NCBI GenBank assembly: GCA_964600585.1
Contig: CAZRJT010000001.1
Coordinates: 1 to 61,099 of the forward strand
Source: an uncultured Bacteroides sp.
GTDB taxonomy: Bacteria > Bacteroidota > Bacteroidia > Bacteroidales > Muribaculaceae
Reading direction: 5' to 3'
DNA length: 61,099 nt
Shown: positions 49,362-59,255 of the stretch, piece after piece
Layout of the letters: every line of letters begins with the position of its first letter
Position numbering within the stretch: position 1 is the first letter of the stretch
The notes under the pieces: generated by a model
The model's input: the letters and a program-made list of their open reading frames with translations, nothing else
What the model was told of the DNA's origin: nothing
The model's database searches: none
Position numbers and translations under genes: made by a program

Positions 49362-50555
49362 ATGTATCATATGATGTTTTTTAAGAGCGAAAATCGTAAG
49401 TCTGCCATTGTACCGGCAATGGTGTTAGGATTGGTTATGTTTGTTCAGTTGATGTCAGGTTGCCACTTGGCATCCGACAATACGCCTGCCACTCCACTCT
49501 TGCAGGGGGAGCTTTGGGTTGACACCGACAGTAATCAGATAAATGCTCATGGTGGAGGCATATTATATTATGACGGAGTGTATTATTGGTATGGCGAACA
49601 GCGTCCCGGCGCTACGTCTGACCGCAAGACTCAGGATGGCGTCAATTGCTATTCGTCAACTAATTTATCTAATTGGAAATTCGAAGGGCTTGTCCTGTCG
49701 GTTGACGATGTTGAAGGGAGTGACATCGAACGCGGTTGCATAATAGAGCGTCCCAAAGTGATATACAACGATTCGACCGGCAATTTTGTCATGTGGTTCC
49801 ATCTCGAGCTTAAAGGTCAGGGCTATGGAGCTGCCAGGGCGGCAGTGGCCGTCAGCAAAAGTCCGACCGGCCCGTTCAAATTAGTCAATTCGGGCCGAGT
49901 TAATGCTGGATACTGGCCCGTAAATCTTTCGGATGAGGATCGGGTGGTCGAATATGACACCGAAAAACTTGAGTGGTGGACTCCCGAGTGGCGTGAAGCT
50001 GTGAATAAAGGTCTGTTTACAAAGCGCGATTTTGATGGCGGTCAGATGTCGCGCGACATGACTCTGTTTGTCGATGACGATGGTAAGGCTTATCATATCT
50101 ATTCGTCAGAAGAAAATCTCACATTGCATATTGCCGAATTGACCGACGATTATCTGTCACATACCGGTCGTTATGCTCGTGTTGCACCCGGTGGCCATAA
50201 CGAAGCTCCTGCGATAATGAAACGTGACGGACGCTATTGGATGATAACTTCAGGCTGTACGGGTTGGAATCCAAATGAGGCACGAATGCACACCGCTACC
50301 AATATATTTGGCCCGTGGGAGCAATTGCCTAATCCCTGCCGTGGGCCCGAATACGAATTGACGTTCGGTGGCCAGAGCACATTCATCTTGCCGCTTCATG
50401 GAAACGACGGCGCATATATGATTATGTTCGACCGTTGGCGTCCTGACAACCTGCTCGACTCGCGTTATGTATGGCTGCCCGTCGATTTTGACCAGAACGG
50501 GGTGCCGGTGATTGACTGGATTGAGTCGTGGACTCCCTCTACATATTGGAATTAA
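49362..50555 (+). CDS. GH43_24-like exo-beta-1,3-galactanase lipoprotein
   Basis: LMSGC lipobox; INAHGGG, YYWYGE, IERPKV, SRDMTLF, EAPA, SGCTGW and GQST. Start trimmed to follow the promoter. Confidence 0.85.
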   Translation: MYHMMFFKSENRKSAIVPAMVLGLVMFVQLMSGCHLASDNTPATPLLQGELWVDTDSNQINAHGGGILYYDGVYYWYGEQRPGATSDRKTQDGVNCYSSTNLSNWKFEGLVLSVDDVEGSDIERGCIIERPKVIYNDSTGNFVMWFHLELKGQGYGAARAAVAVSKSPTGPFKLVNSGRVNAGYWPVNLSDEDRVVEYDTEKLEWWTPEWREAVNKGLFTKRDFDGGQMSRDMTLFVDDDGKAYHIYSSEENLTLHIAELTDDYLSHTGRYARVAPGGHNEAPAIMKRDGRYWMITSGCTGWNPNEARMHTATNIFGPWEQLPNPCRGPEYELTFGGQSTFILPLHGNDGAYMIMFDRWRPDNLLDSRYVWLPVDFDQNGVPVIDWIESWTPSTYWN

Positions 50556-50574
50556 GCTCAAAATTAAGAATAAG

Positions 50575-51270
50575 ATGCTCGAAGAATTAAAAGAAAGAGT
50601 TTTCAAGGCGAATCTCGACCTCGTTAAGCACGGATTGGTGATATTCACCTGGGGAAATGTGTCAGGTATAGACAGAGAGAGCGGCTTGGTGGTGATAAAG
50701 CCAAGCGGTGTCGATTATGATAAAATGAAGGTCTCTGATATGGTGGTGGTCGATTTGGCCACTGGGAATGTAGTGGAAGGCGATTTGCGTCCGTCATCCG
50801 ATACCCCAACCCATATAGCCCTCTATAAGGCATTTCCTGAAATCGGCGGTGTAGTGCACACTCATTCCACCTATGCCACTGCCTGGGCGCAAGCCGGCAA
50901 GGACATACCTAACATAGGAACCACGCATGCCGATTATTTTCATAACGACGTGCCTTGCACAGCCGATATGACAGCCGAAGAAGTGGAAGGCGATTATGAA
51001 TATCAGACCGGAAACGTGATAGTGAAACGTTTCGAAGGCATAAATCCCGTGCATACCCCTGGGGTGCTCGTGAAAAACCACGGCCCGTTCACGTGGGGTA
51101 AGACACCGGCCGAAGCTGTGCATAATGCAGTGGTGCTTGAGCAAGTGGCCAAGATGGCATTCATAGCATTTGGCGTTAATCCTAATCTAACGATGAATCC
51201 ACTTCTCATCGAGAAGCATTTCAATCGTAAGCACGGCCCCAATGCCTATTATGGCCAAATAAAAAAGTGA
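50575..51270 (+). CDS. araD: L-ribulose-5-phosphate 4-epimerase
   Basis: [29 protein letters not shown] and YYGQ. Confidence 0.96.
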   Translation: MLEELKERVFKANLDLVKHGLVIFTWGNVSGIDRESGLVVIKPSGVDYDKMKVSDMVVVDLATGNVVEGDLRPSSDTPTHIALYKAFPEIGGVVHTHSTYATAWAQAGKDIPNIGTTHADYFHNDVPCTADMTAEEVEGDYEYQTGNVIVKRFEGINPVHTPGVLVKNHGPFTWGKTPAEAVHNAVVLEQVAKMAFIAFGVNPNLTMNPLLIEKHFNRKHGPNAYYGQIKK

Positions 51271-51328
51271 TGAACGAAATAATACCTTAATATATTTATA
51301 ACCAATAACTAATTAAACTCTATTAAAC

Positions 51329-52873
51329 ATGAATGCATTTGAAAATTGCGAAGTATGGTGGGTAACTGGTGCGCAGCTCCTTTATGGTGGAGATGCAGTG
51401 ATTGCAGTTGATGCTCACTCGAAAGAAATGGTTGAAGGCCTTAACAATTCTGGAAATCTACCTGTAAAAATAGTTTATAAAGGAACTGCCAATTCATCGA
51501 AGGAAGTAACTGATGTGATGAAGGCTGCAAACAACGATCCCCGTTGTGTCGGCATAATCACTTGGATGCACACTTTCTCGCCTGCAAAAATGTGGATTCA
51601 TGGCTTGCAGCAGTTGCACAAACCGTTGCTCCACTTCCACACTCAGTTCAATGCCGAAATTCCCTGGGAAACAATGGATATGGACTTTATGAACCTGAAT
51701 CAGAGTGCCCATGGCGACCGCGAATTCGGTCATATATGCAGCCGTATGCGTATCCGCCGTAAAGTTGTGGCCGGACACTGGACCGATCCTAACACCCAGA
51801 AACGCATCGCCGTTTGGCAGCGCGTGGCAGCAGCTTGGGCCGATGCTCAGGATATGCTGATCTTGCGATTTGGCGACCAGATGAACAATGTTGCCGTTAC
51901 CGACGGTGATAAGGTGGAAGCTGAAGTGCGTCTCGGATATCACGTTGATTATACGCCCGTCAGCGAATTGATGGAATATTATAAAAAGGTGGACGAAGGT
52001 GCTGTTGATGCTCTTGTCGACGAATATTTCCGTCTGTATGCTCACGATGCTTCTTTGGAAGACAAGTCGACAGAAGGCTACGAAAAAGTGCGCAATTCAG
52101 CTCGTGCCGAACTTGCAATCCGTGCAATCCTCGTTGAAAAGGGAGCAAAAGGCTTTACCACTAACTTTGACGACCTCGGAACTAACGACATTGATGATCC
52201 CAAGTTCGTTGGTTTCGACCAGATTCCTGGTTTGGCTTCGCAGCGTCTTATGGCCGAAGGCTATGGCTTCGGCGCCGAAGGAGACTGGAAGAGTGCCGCT
52301 CTCTACCGCACGGTATGGTATATGTCGCAGGGCCTTCCCAAAGGCTGCTCGTTCCTCGAAGATTACACTCTCAACTTCGATGGCAAGAATAGTGCAATTC
52401 TCCAGGCTCACATGTTGGAAATCTGCCCGCTCATCGCTGAGGAACGTCCCCGTCTCGAAGTTCACTTCCTTGGCATAGGTATCCGCAAGAGCCAGACTGC
52501 CCGTCTTGTATTCACCTCTAAGCCCGACAACGGCATCACCGCCACAATCGTTGACCTTGGCAACCGCTTCCGATTGATTGTAAACGATGTAGAATGCATC
52601 AAATCTAAGCCGCTGCCTAAGCTCCCCGTTGCGTCAGCACTCTGGATTCCGATGCCTAACTTCGAAGTTGGTGCTGAAGCGTGGATTCTTGCCGGTGGAA
52701 CGCATCATTCTTGCTTCTCTTACGACCTCACTCCCGAATATTGGGAAGATTATGCCGAAATGGCTGGTATCGAAATGCTTCATATCGACAAGACTACCAC
52801 TATCGAGAACTTTAAGGACAAACTGCGTCTCGGCGAAGTGTACTATGCCCTTAACCGCTCATTCTATCTCTAA
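51329..52873 (+). CDS. araA: L-arabinose isomerase
   Basis: QLLYG, WMHTFSPAKMW, NLNQSAHGDREFG, GFGAEGDWK and AGGTHH. Confidence 0.96.
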   Translation: MNAFENCEVWWVTGAQLLYGGDAVIAVDAHSKEMVEGLNNSGNLPVKIVYKGTANSSKEVTDVMKAANNDPRCVGIITWMHTFSPAKMWIHGLQQLHKPLLHFHTQFNAEIPWETMDMDFMNLNQSAHGDREFGHICSRMRIRRKVVAGHWTDPNTQKRIAVWQRVAAAWADAQDMLILRFGDQMNNVAVTDGDKVEAEVRLGYHVDYTPVSELMEYYKKVDEGAVDALVDEYFRLYAHDASLEDKSTEGYEKVRNSARAELAIRAILVEKGAKGFTTNFDDLGTNDIDDPKFVGFDQIPGLASQRLMAEGYGFGAEGDWKSAALYRTVWYMSQGLPKGCSFLEDYTLNFDGKNSAILQAHMLEICPLIAEERPRLEVHFLGIGIRKSQTARLVFTSKPDNGITATIVDLGNRFRLIVNDVECIKSKPLPKLPVASALWIPMPNFEVGAEAWILAGGTHHSCFSYDLTPEYWEDYAEMAGIEMLHIDKTTTIENFKDKLRLGEVYYALNRSFYL

Positions 52874-52876
52874 GTC

Positions 52877-54478
52877 ATGGATGTAGAAGCAAAAAAAATC
52901 ATAGAAGAGGGTAAAGCCATTCTCGGTATCGAGCTTGGCTCTACCCGAATTAAATCTGTTTTGATTGACGGTGCCAATCGTCCGATTGCCCAAGGTGCCC
53001 ACCAGTGGGAAAATCATCTGGAGAACGGAATCTGGACGTACAGCATTGACGACATCTGGAATGGTCTCCAGCATAGCTACGCTGATTTGGTCGATAATGT
53101 GCATGCTCTTTACGGTCTCACGGTTGACATCAAAAGCCTTGCCGCAATAGGCGTTAGCGCAATGATGCATGGCTATATGGCCTTCAATAAAGAAGGTGAT
53201 ATACTCGTACCTTTCCGCACCTGGCGTAACACCAATACAGCTGTTGCTGCCGAAGAACTCAGCAAGCTCTTCAACTTCAATGTGCCTATCCGTTGGAGCA
53301 TCTCACATCTTTACCAAGCCATCCTTAATGGTGAAGAGCATGTGTCGCAAATCGACTCGATGAATACCCTTGCCGGCTATATACACTGGAAACTTACGGG
53401 CAAGAAGGTGCTGGGCATTGGCGATGCATCGGGTATGATGCCAATCGACACCGCCACCAAGACTTACTCTCAGCGTATGGCCGATGAATTTGACAAGCTG
53501 ACGGCTTCTAAGGGATTCGACAAGAAGGTGCTCGATATTTTCCCGTCGATACTTCTCGCTGGCGAATGTGCCGGATGTCTCACCGAGGAAGGCGCGAAAT
53601 TGTTGGATGTTTCGGGCATGCTTCAGCCTGGGGTGCCCTTCTGTCCTCCGGAGGGCGATGCCGGTACGGGTATGGTGGCCACAAATGCAGTGGCTTCCCG
53701 CACCGGAAATGTGTCGGCCGGCACTTCATCGTTCTCGATGATTGTGCTCGAAAAAGATCTCTCGCGCCCTTACGAAGAAATCGACATCGTGACCACTCCT
53801 GTTGGCGATCCGGTTGCGATGGTGCATTGCAACAATTGCACCTCCGACCTGAACGACTGGGTAAATATCTTTGCCGAATTCCAGGAACTGATGGGCCTGA
53901 AAGTTGACACCGGCTTGCTCTATGGTATGCTGTACAACAACGCCCTCAACGGCGATGCCGACTGCGGTGGCCTGCTGGCTTATAACTTCGTGTCGGGCGA
54001 ACCCGTGGTGAAGTTGGCCGAAGGCCGTCCGATGGTTGTCCGTTCGCCTCGCGACAAGTTCAACCTGGCAAACTTCTTCCGTTCCCAACTATATGCCACT
54101 GTCGCAGTGCTTAAGATTGGCAATGATATTTTGTTTAACAAAGAGAAAGTTGCTGTCGACCGTATCACTGGTCACGGTGGTTTATTTAAGACCAAGGGTG
54201 TAGGACAGCGTGTGCTGGCAGCCGCTCTTAACTCACCCATTTCCGTTATGGACACTGCCGGTGAAGGTGGTGCCTGGGGCATAGCTCTCCTTGCGGCATA
54301 TATGGTGAACAAAGCCGAAGGTATGACGCTTGGCGAATATCTCAACGACGAAGTGTTTGCCGGCGATAAGGGAACCGAAATAGCTCCGGTGGCTGCCGAT
54401 GTCGAAGGATTCAACGCCTACATCGAAACGTATATGAAGGCTCTGCCGGTAGAATCACTCGCTGTTCAGCTCATCTGA
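52877..54478 (+). CDS. araB: L-ribulokinase (FGGY family)
   Basis: [32 protein letters not shown] and GHGG. Lies in the ara run. Confidence 0.88.
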   Translation: MDVEAKKIIEEGKAILGIELGSTRIKSVLIDGANRPIAQGAHQWENHLENGIWTYSIDDIWNGLQHSYADLVDNVHALYGLTVDIKSLAAIGVSAMMHGYMAFNKEGDILVPFRTWRNTNTAVAAEELSKLFNFNVPIRWSISHLYQAILNGEEHVSQIDSMNTLAGYIHWKLTGKKVLGIGDASGMMPIDTATKTYSQRMADEFDKLTASKGFDKKVLDIFPSILLAGECAGCLTEEGAKLLDVSGMLQPGVPFCPPEGDAGTGMVATNAVASRTGNVSAGTSSFSMIVLEKDLSRPYEEIDIVTTPVGDPVAMVHCNNCTSDLNDWVNIFAEFQELMGLKVDTGLLYGMLYNNALNGDADCGGLLAYNFVSGEPVVKLAEGRPMVVRSPRDKFNLANFFRSQLYATVAVLKIGNDILFNKEKVAVDRITGHGGLFKTKGVGQRVLAAALNSPISVMDTAGEGGAWGIALLAAYMVNKAEGMTLGEYLNDEVFAGDKGTEIAPVAADVEGFNAYIETYMKALPVESLAVQLI

Positions 54479-54509
54479 AGAGATTGATTCTATTTCCCGT
54501 TTAACAAAG

Positions 54510-54549
54510 CTGTCCCTGCTCCCAAACCGGAGCGGGGACAGTCGTTTTT
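54510..54549 (+). terminator. Terminator of the ara operon
   Basis: CTGTCCCTGCTCC/GGAGCGGGGACAG stem followed by TCGTTTTT. Confidence 0.75.
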
Positions 54550-54567
54550 AAAGGGTGACATAATTGA

Positions 54568-54605
54568 ATTAAAAAATCCGACGAACAATCGCCGGATTTT
54601 TTAAT
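54568..54605 (-). terminator. Second terminator, closing the leftward non-coding transcript
   Basis: Minus strand AAAAAATCCGGCGA-TTGT-TCGTCGGATTTTTT. Confidence 0.7.
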
Positions 54606-54734
54606 ATACATCTTTGATTTCAGATGCACTTTGTATCACAAATTACAATATCCTTTCCCTAAAACAATCCATAAAAAACTATGCAACACTAAACCTTAAA
54701 TATTAACTTGGAGAATCATAAAGTGAATTCTTGA
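54570..54734 (-). ncRNA. Candidate HTCS-regulated sRNA (~165 nt)
   Basis: Lies between promoter B (TAACTTTG 54747-54740) and the terminator. Only 7- and 9-codon ORFs. Confidence 0.55.
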
Positions 54735-54739
54735 TGATG

Positions 54740-54806
54740 CAAAGTTAGCGTTATTATTTGCTTTTATGGTTTAGTGATGAATCAAACAATTCAATTATTC
54801 GTTCAA
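54740..54806 (-). promoter_or_regulatory. Promoter B: TTGA-N17-TTGA + TAACTTTG (putative HTCS site)
   Basis: Minus-strand TTGA at 54806 and 54785. Shares TTGAACGAATAA and TTTGAWTCAT with promoter A. Confidence 0.65.
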
Positions 54807-54858
54807 TTGTGATGCCTAAAAGTCCTGTTTGCTTCATTTACTTGAGCGACAGCACCCG

Positions 54859-54925
54859 TTGAGACAAAATCAAACTTAAATGATATAATATTAAACCCAT
54901 CGGCATAGCATCTGGAGTAACTTTG
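54859..54925 (+). promoter_or_regulatory. Promoter D: TTGA-N17-ATGA + TAACTTTG (putative HTCS site)
   Basis: Boxes at 54859 and 54880. The proximal box is 45 nt from G54925. Confidence 0.6.
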
Positions 54926-54956
54926 TGTTCAAACATTAACCACATAATAATTATCC

Positions 54957-57278
54957 ATGAATTTAGCATTTAGAGTTTGGGGGGTGGCTGCTTTGATGGC
55001 TGTGTCGCTGTCAAGTGTTGCCGAGACTCCGAATGAGAAAGAAGCAAAGAAAGTCAGAGGCATCATAGAAAAAGTCAATGATGCATGGCAGGCGTCACAT
55101 TCGCCTGAAGGCACTCCCTTCTGGCATAACGCGGCCTATCACACCGGAAATATGGAAGCCTATTTCCTCACCGGTAATGAAGCCTATAAGGACTATTCCG
55201 AAAAGTGGGCTCAGCATAATCAATGGAAGGGCGCGAAGAGTGACGACAGAAGTAAATGGAAATATAATTACGGTGAGACGGATGAACACGTGCTGTTCGG
55301 TGACTGGCAGATTTGTTTTCAGACTTATGCCGATTTATATAATCTGCTGCCCGATGACAACCGTATTCGTCGAGCCCGTGAGGTGATGGAATATGAGATG
55401 TCGACCGGAAAAAACGATTATTGGTGGTGGGCCGACGGACTCTATATGGTGATGCCCGTAATGACCAAGCTTTATCGAATCACTGGAAATCAGCAATATC
55501 TCGATAAACTATATGAGTATGTGCTTTATAGTGACAGCATAATGTTCGATAAGGATGAAAATCTATATTATAGAGATGCAAAATACCCCTATCCGCAGCA
55601 CCAGACGGTCAATGGAAAGAAGGATTTCTGGGCACGTGGTGATGGATGGGTGTTGGCCGGACTTGCAAAGGTCCTCAAAGATTTGCCGGCCGACTATGCC
55701 AACAGGCCATTTTTTGAAGACAAGTTCCGCAATATGGCCGAAGCAGTTGTGGCTCTCCAGAGACCTGAGGGATATTGGTCGCGTTCGATGATGGACGAAG
55801 AATTTGCTCCCGGATATGAAACGAGCGGCACTGCGTTTTTCACATATGCTCTGCTTTGGGGCATAAACAACGGATATCTCACCGAGCCAAAGTATGTTGA
55901 TGCCGCATTGAAGGGATGGAATTATTTGAGCAAAATCGCGCTTCAGAAGGATGGTAAAATAGGATACGTGCAGCCTATCGGCGAAAAAGCGATTCCGGGT
56001 CAGGTCGTCGATGCGAACTCTACTGCCGATTTCGGAGTAGGAGCTTTCCTGCTGGCTGCGTGCGAGTATGTTAGATTCCTTGAAAAAGATTTGCTGACCA
56101 CCGACCGTGCTTATTGGACCGATTTGGCTTATAAAATGGCCTATCCGGTGTTGAGCAATATGGCCGAAGGCAATCTTCAGAAAAATATGTTGGTTGAAGT
56201 TAGTCCCAATTGGGATGGTCGCAGCAAAAAAGTGACTTATATGGAAACATTCGGTCGCTTGATGGCCGGCATCGCTCCATGGCTGTCGTTGCCCGATGAC
56301 GATACCCCCGAAGGTGCCAAACGCAAGGAATTGCGCGAAATGGCGCTTAAAAGTTATGCAAATGCCGTCGACCCCGAAAGTCCCGACTATTTGGCATGGC
56401 GTGGACATGGACAGGCTTTGGTGGATGCCGCTTACGTTGCCGAGAGTTTCCTGCGTGGATATGATTCGCTTTGGGTGCCGCTTGACGACGTGACCAAGAA
56501 GCGTTATTTCGAGGAATTCACTCAGCTGCGCAGAGTCGACCCTCCTTACACCAACTGGTTGCTTTTCTCGTCAACTATTGAAAGTTTCTTGGCTAAGGCT
56601 GGAGCCGAATATGACGAATACCGCATAAATTCGGCTATCCGTAAGGTTGAGGAATGGTACACTGGCGACGGTTGGTATGCTGATGGCCCTGAATTCGCAT
56701 TTGATTATTATAGCAGCTATGTATTCCATCCGATGTATCTTGAAACGCTTGCGGCTATGAGGGATGCCAAGGCTTACACACGCATACACTATCCGCGATA
56801 TTATGGCCGCGCGTTGCGCCGCACCCAAAAATACGGCATAGTTCTGGAACGCCTAATATCGCCTGAAGGCACGTTCCCGGTGTTTGGCCGTTCAATTCCT
56901 TACCGCATGGCGGCAATGCAGCCGTTGGCTCTGTTGGCCTGGTATGAGAAATTGCCTGCCGGTCTTACCGACGGACAGGTGCGTGGTGCACTCACGGCCG
57001 TGATGCATCGTATGTTCGACGATAAAGACAATTTCAATGAAGGCGGCTTCTTGACGATTGGATTTGCCGGACGTCAGCCGAATGTCGCCGACTGGTACAC
57101 CAATAACGGTAGCCTCTATATGACTTCGTTGGCATTCCTGCCTCTCGGATTGCCGGCTTCACATCCGTTCTGGACCGATGCCGCATTGCCTTGGACAAGC
57201 AAGAAGGCATGGGGTGGGGTGCCGTTCCCCAAAGATCATCACTGGGGCGAAACCGAACGTTTCAGAGATTTATTCTAA
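54957..57278 (+). CDS. GH105 unsaturated glucuronyl hydrolase fused to GH154/DUF2264 beta-glucuronidase-like domain
   Basis: WWWADGLYM, FWARGDGW, ETSGTA and GVGAFLLA (GH105); then DRAYW...METFGR, QALVDAA, NWLLF, GDGWYADG, GRSIPYR and GSLY (DUF2264). Confidence 0.85.
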   Translation: MNLAFRVWGVAALMAVSLSSVAETPNEKEAKKVRGIIEKVNDAWQASHSPEGTPFWHNAAYHTGNMEAYFLTGNEAYKDYSEKWAQHNQWKGAKSDDRSKWKYNYGETDEHVLFGDWQICFQTYADLYNLLPDDNRIRRAREVMEYEMSTGKNDYWWWADGLYMVMPVMTKLYRITGNQQYLDKLYEYVLYSDSIMFDKDENLYYRDAKYPYPQHQTVNGKKDFWARGDGWVLAGLAKVLKDLPADYANRPFFEDKFRNMAEAVVALQRPEGYWSRSMMDEEFAPGYETSGTAFFTYALLWGINNGYLTEPKYVDAALKGWNYLSKIALQKDGKIGYVQPIGEKAIPGQVVDANSTADFGVGAFLLAACEYVRFLEKDLLTTDRAYWTDLAYKMAYPVLSNMAEGNLQKNMLVEVSPNWDGRSKKVTYMETFGRLMAGIAPWLSLPDDDTPEGAKRKELREMALKSYANAVDPESPDYLAWRGHGQALVDAAYVAESFLRGYDSLWVPLDDVTKKRYFEEFTQLRRVDPPYTNWLLFSSTIESFLAKAGAEYDEYRINSAIRKVEEWYTGDGWYADGPEFAFDYYSSYVFHPMYLETLAAMRDAKAYTRIHYPRYYGRALRRTQKYGIVLERLISPEGTFPVFGRSIPYRMAAMQPLALLAWYEKLPAGLTDGQVRGALTAVMHRMFDDKDNFNEGGFLTIGFAGRQPNVADWYTNNGSLYMTSLAFLPLGLPASHPFWTDAALPWTSKKAWGGVPFPKDHHWGETERFRDLF

Positions 57279-57296
57279 CACTAAAGATATAACGAT

Positions 57297-58112
57297 ATGA
57301 ATACAAGTAGCGAGGTGCTTAAATCTTTTTCTCTCGAAGGGAAAGTGGCCTTGGTCACCGGTGCAGCTTATGGTATCGGATTGGCAATAGCAAAATCATT
57401 GGCTTTAGCCGGAGCCAAAATCGTGTATAATTGTTCGCGACAGGAGACTCTCGACCGCGGGGCAGCGGCATATTCAGAGCTGGGCATAGACGCTAAGGGT
57501 TATCTATGCGATGTCACTGATGAAAATGCGGTTAGTGAAATGGTGGCCGATATTGAACGTACGGTAGGCGTGATTGACATACTGGTTAATAATGCCGGTA
57601 TAATAAAGCGCATTCCTATGGACGAAATGTCGGGTAACGATTTCCGCCGTGTGATTGACGTGGATTTGGTCGGGCCGTTTATATGTGCCAAAGCGGTCAT
57701 ACCTGGTATGATTAAGAAGGGTCATGGCAAGATCATCAACATATGCTCCATGATGAGCGAACTTGGCCGTGAGACCGTTTCGGCTTATGCTGCCGCAAAG
57801 GGTGGATTGAAGATGCTCACTCGCAACATAGCGTCTGAATATGGCGAATATAATATACAGTGTAATGGCATAGGCCCAGGTTATATTGCCACCGAGCAGA
57901 CTGCTCCGTTGCGTGAATTGCAGCCCGACGGGAGTCGCCATCCGTTCGATGCATTCATTATTTCTAAAACTCCGGCAGCGCGTTGGGGCACTCCCGACGA
58001 TTTGATGGGGCCGGCATTGTTCCTTGCCTCGGATGCAAGTAATTTCGTAAATGGCCATGTGCTTTATGTTGACGGCGGCATTCTTGCCTATATCGGCAAG
58101 CAACCGAAGTAA
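57297..58112 (+). CDS. kduD: SDR, 2-keto-3-deoxy-gluconate 5-dehydrogenase / gluconate 5-dehydrogenase (KduD/DhuD type)
   Basis: TGAAYGIG, NNAG, YAAAK and C-terminal LAYIGKQP; uronate catabolism context. Confidence 0.8.
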   Translation: MNTSSEVLKSFSLEGKVALVTGAAYGIGLAIAKSLALAGAKIVYNCSRQETLDRGAAAYSELGIDAKGYLCDVTDENAVSEMVADIERTVGVIDILVNNAGIIKRIPMDEMSGNDFRRVIDVDLVGPFICAKAVIPGMIKKGHGKIINICSMMSELGRETVSAYAAAKGGLKMLTRNIASEYGEYNIQCNGIGPGYIATEQTAPLRELQPDGSRHPFDAFIISKTPAARWGTPDDLMGPALFLASDASNFVNGHVLYVDGGILAYIGKQPK

Positions 58113-58125
58113 TTGACGCATTGCG

Positions 58126-59250
58126 ATGAAAAATATGACTTTGAAAAACATATCGATTCTGACTGTTGGCATTCTGATGGCTTCGTGTGGCACACGCACG
58201 AATGTCAGGTTGACCAATGAATTGCCCGTGGCTCGCGAAGGTGAACTGGTAGAGATTGCGGTCGCTGACCTGCCTCCGTACCAGTTTAAGGTGCTTGATG
58301 ACGATGGTCGTGAAGTGCCCTATCAGCTTACCTATGACGGGAAATTGGTGTTCCCGGCCAACATTCCGGCTGAGGCAAGTGTGGTGTATGTACTGGAAAA
58401 GGGCACTCCCGCACCGGTCGACACCGTAACCTATGGACGTTTGTTCCCAGAGCGTCTCGATGACTTCGCGTGGGAAAACGATAAGGCCGCTTACCGAGCT
58501 TATGGCCCGGCTCTGCAGGCGTCGGGTGAACAGGCTTTTGGTTATGATGTTTGGACTAAATCGACCTCTGTCCCCGTGCTTGAAAAACGTTATGATGGAG
58601 AGTGCAACAAAGGCATCTCGTATCATCAGGACCATGGCGAAGGGATGGACGTATATGCCGTCGGCCCCACGTTGGGAGGCGGAACCGCCGCTTTGCTCGA
58701 TTCGATAGGGGAGTTGATCTATCCCTATTGCTTTACTTCATGTGAAGTGCTTGATGGAGGCCCGCTTCGGTTCACGTTCAAGCTCGTATACGATGGCGAT
58801 TCGATTGCTGAAACGCGTATAATCTCACTTGATAAAGGTTCGCATCTGAACCGCACATCTGTTAAGTTCGATAACGTTGGCGATTCCAAGGTTGCTGCTG
58901 GTATAGTAGTTCACAAGCCGGCAGTCGACGACTATGTATTTGGTGAAAATTATATGGCTTATGCCGACCCTACGCAAAATCCTGATGGCTCCAACGGCAC
59001 TATATATATAGGCGTTTTGACTCCTGTCGATGGTGCGGTGTCAGAGTTTCGGGCGTTTGAATACGAACGTGGGGATGCCATTGGGCACATCCTGTCGGTG
59101 ATGCCCTATCGTCCTGGCTCTGAGCTGGTATATTACTGGGGCTCCGGATGGAGTAAGGGCGGTGTGGAGTCAATGGATGTATGGACTCGATATCTAAGCG
59201 ATTATTCGTCAAAATTGGCTAAGCCAATCAAGGTTGAAATAGAAAAGTAA
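58126..59250 (+). CDS. DUF4861-family lipoprotein
   Basis: LMASC lipobox; EVPYQLTYDG, PERLDDFAWEND, AYRAYGPAL, YHQDHGEGMD, GPTLGGG and YYWGSGWSK. Confidence 0.8.
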   Translation: MKNMTLKNISILTVGILMASCGTRTNVRLTNELPVAREGELVEIAVADLPPYQFKVLDDDGREVPYQLTYDGKLVFPANIPAEASVVYVLEKGTPAPVDTVTYGRLFPERLDDFAWENDKAAYRAYGPALQASGEQAFGYDVWTKSTSVPVLEKRYDGECNKGISYHQDHGEGMDVYAVGPTLGGGTAALLDSIGELIYPYCFTSCEVLDGGPLRFTFKLVYDGDSIAETRIISLDKGSHLNRTSVKFDNVGDSKVAAGIVVHKPAVDDYVFGENYMAYADPTQNPDGSNGTIYIGVLTPVDGAVSEFRAFEYERGDAIGHILSVMPYRPGSELVYYWGSGWSKGGVESMDVWTRYLSDYSSKLAKPIKVEIEK

Positions 59251-59255
59251 CGATT

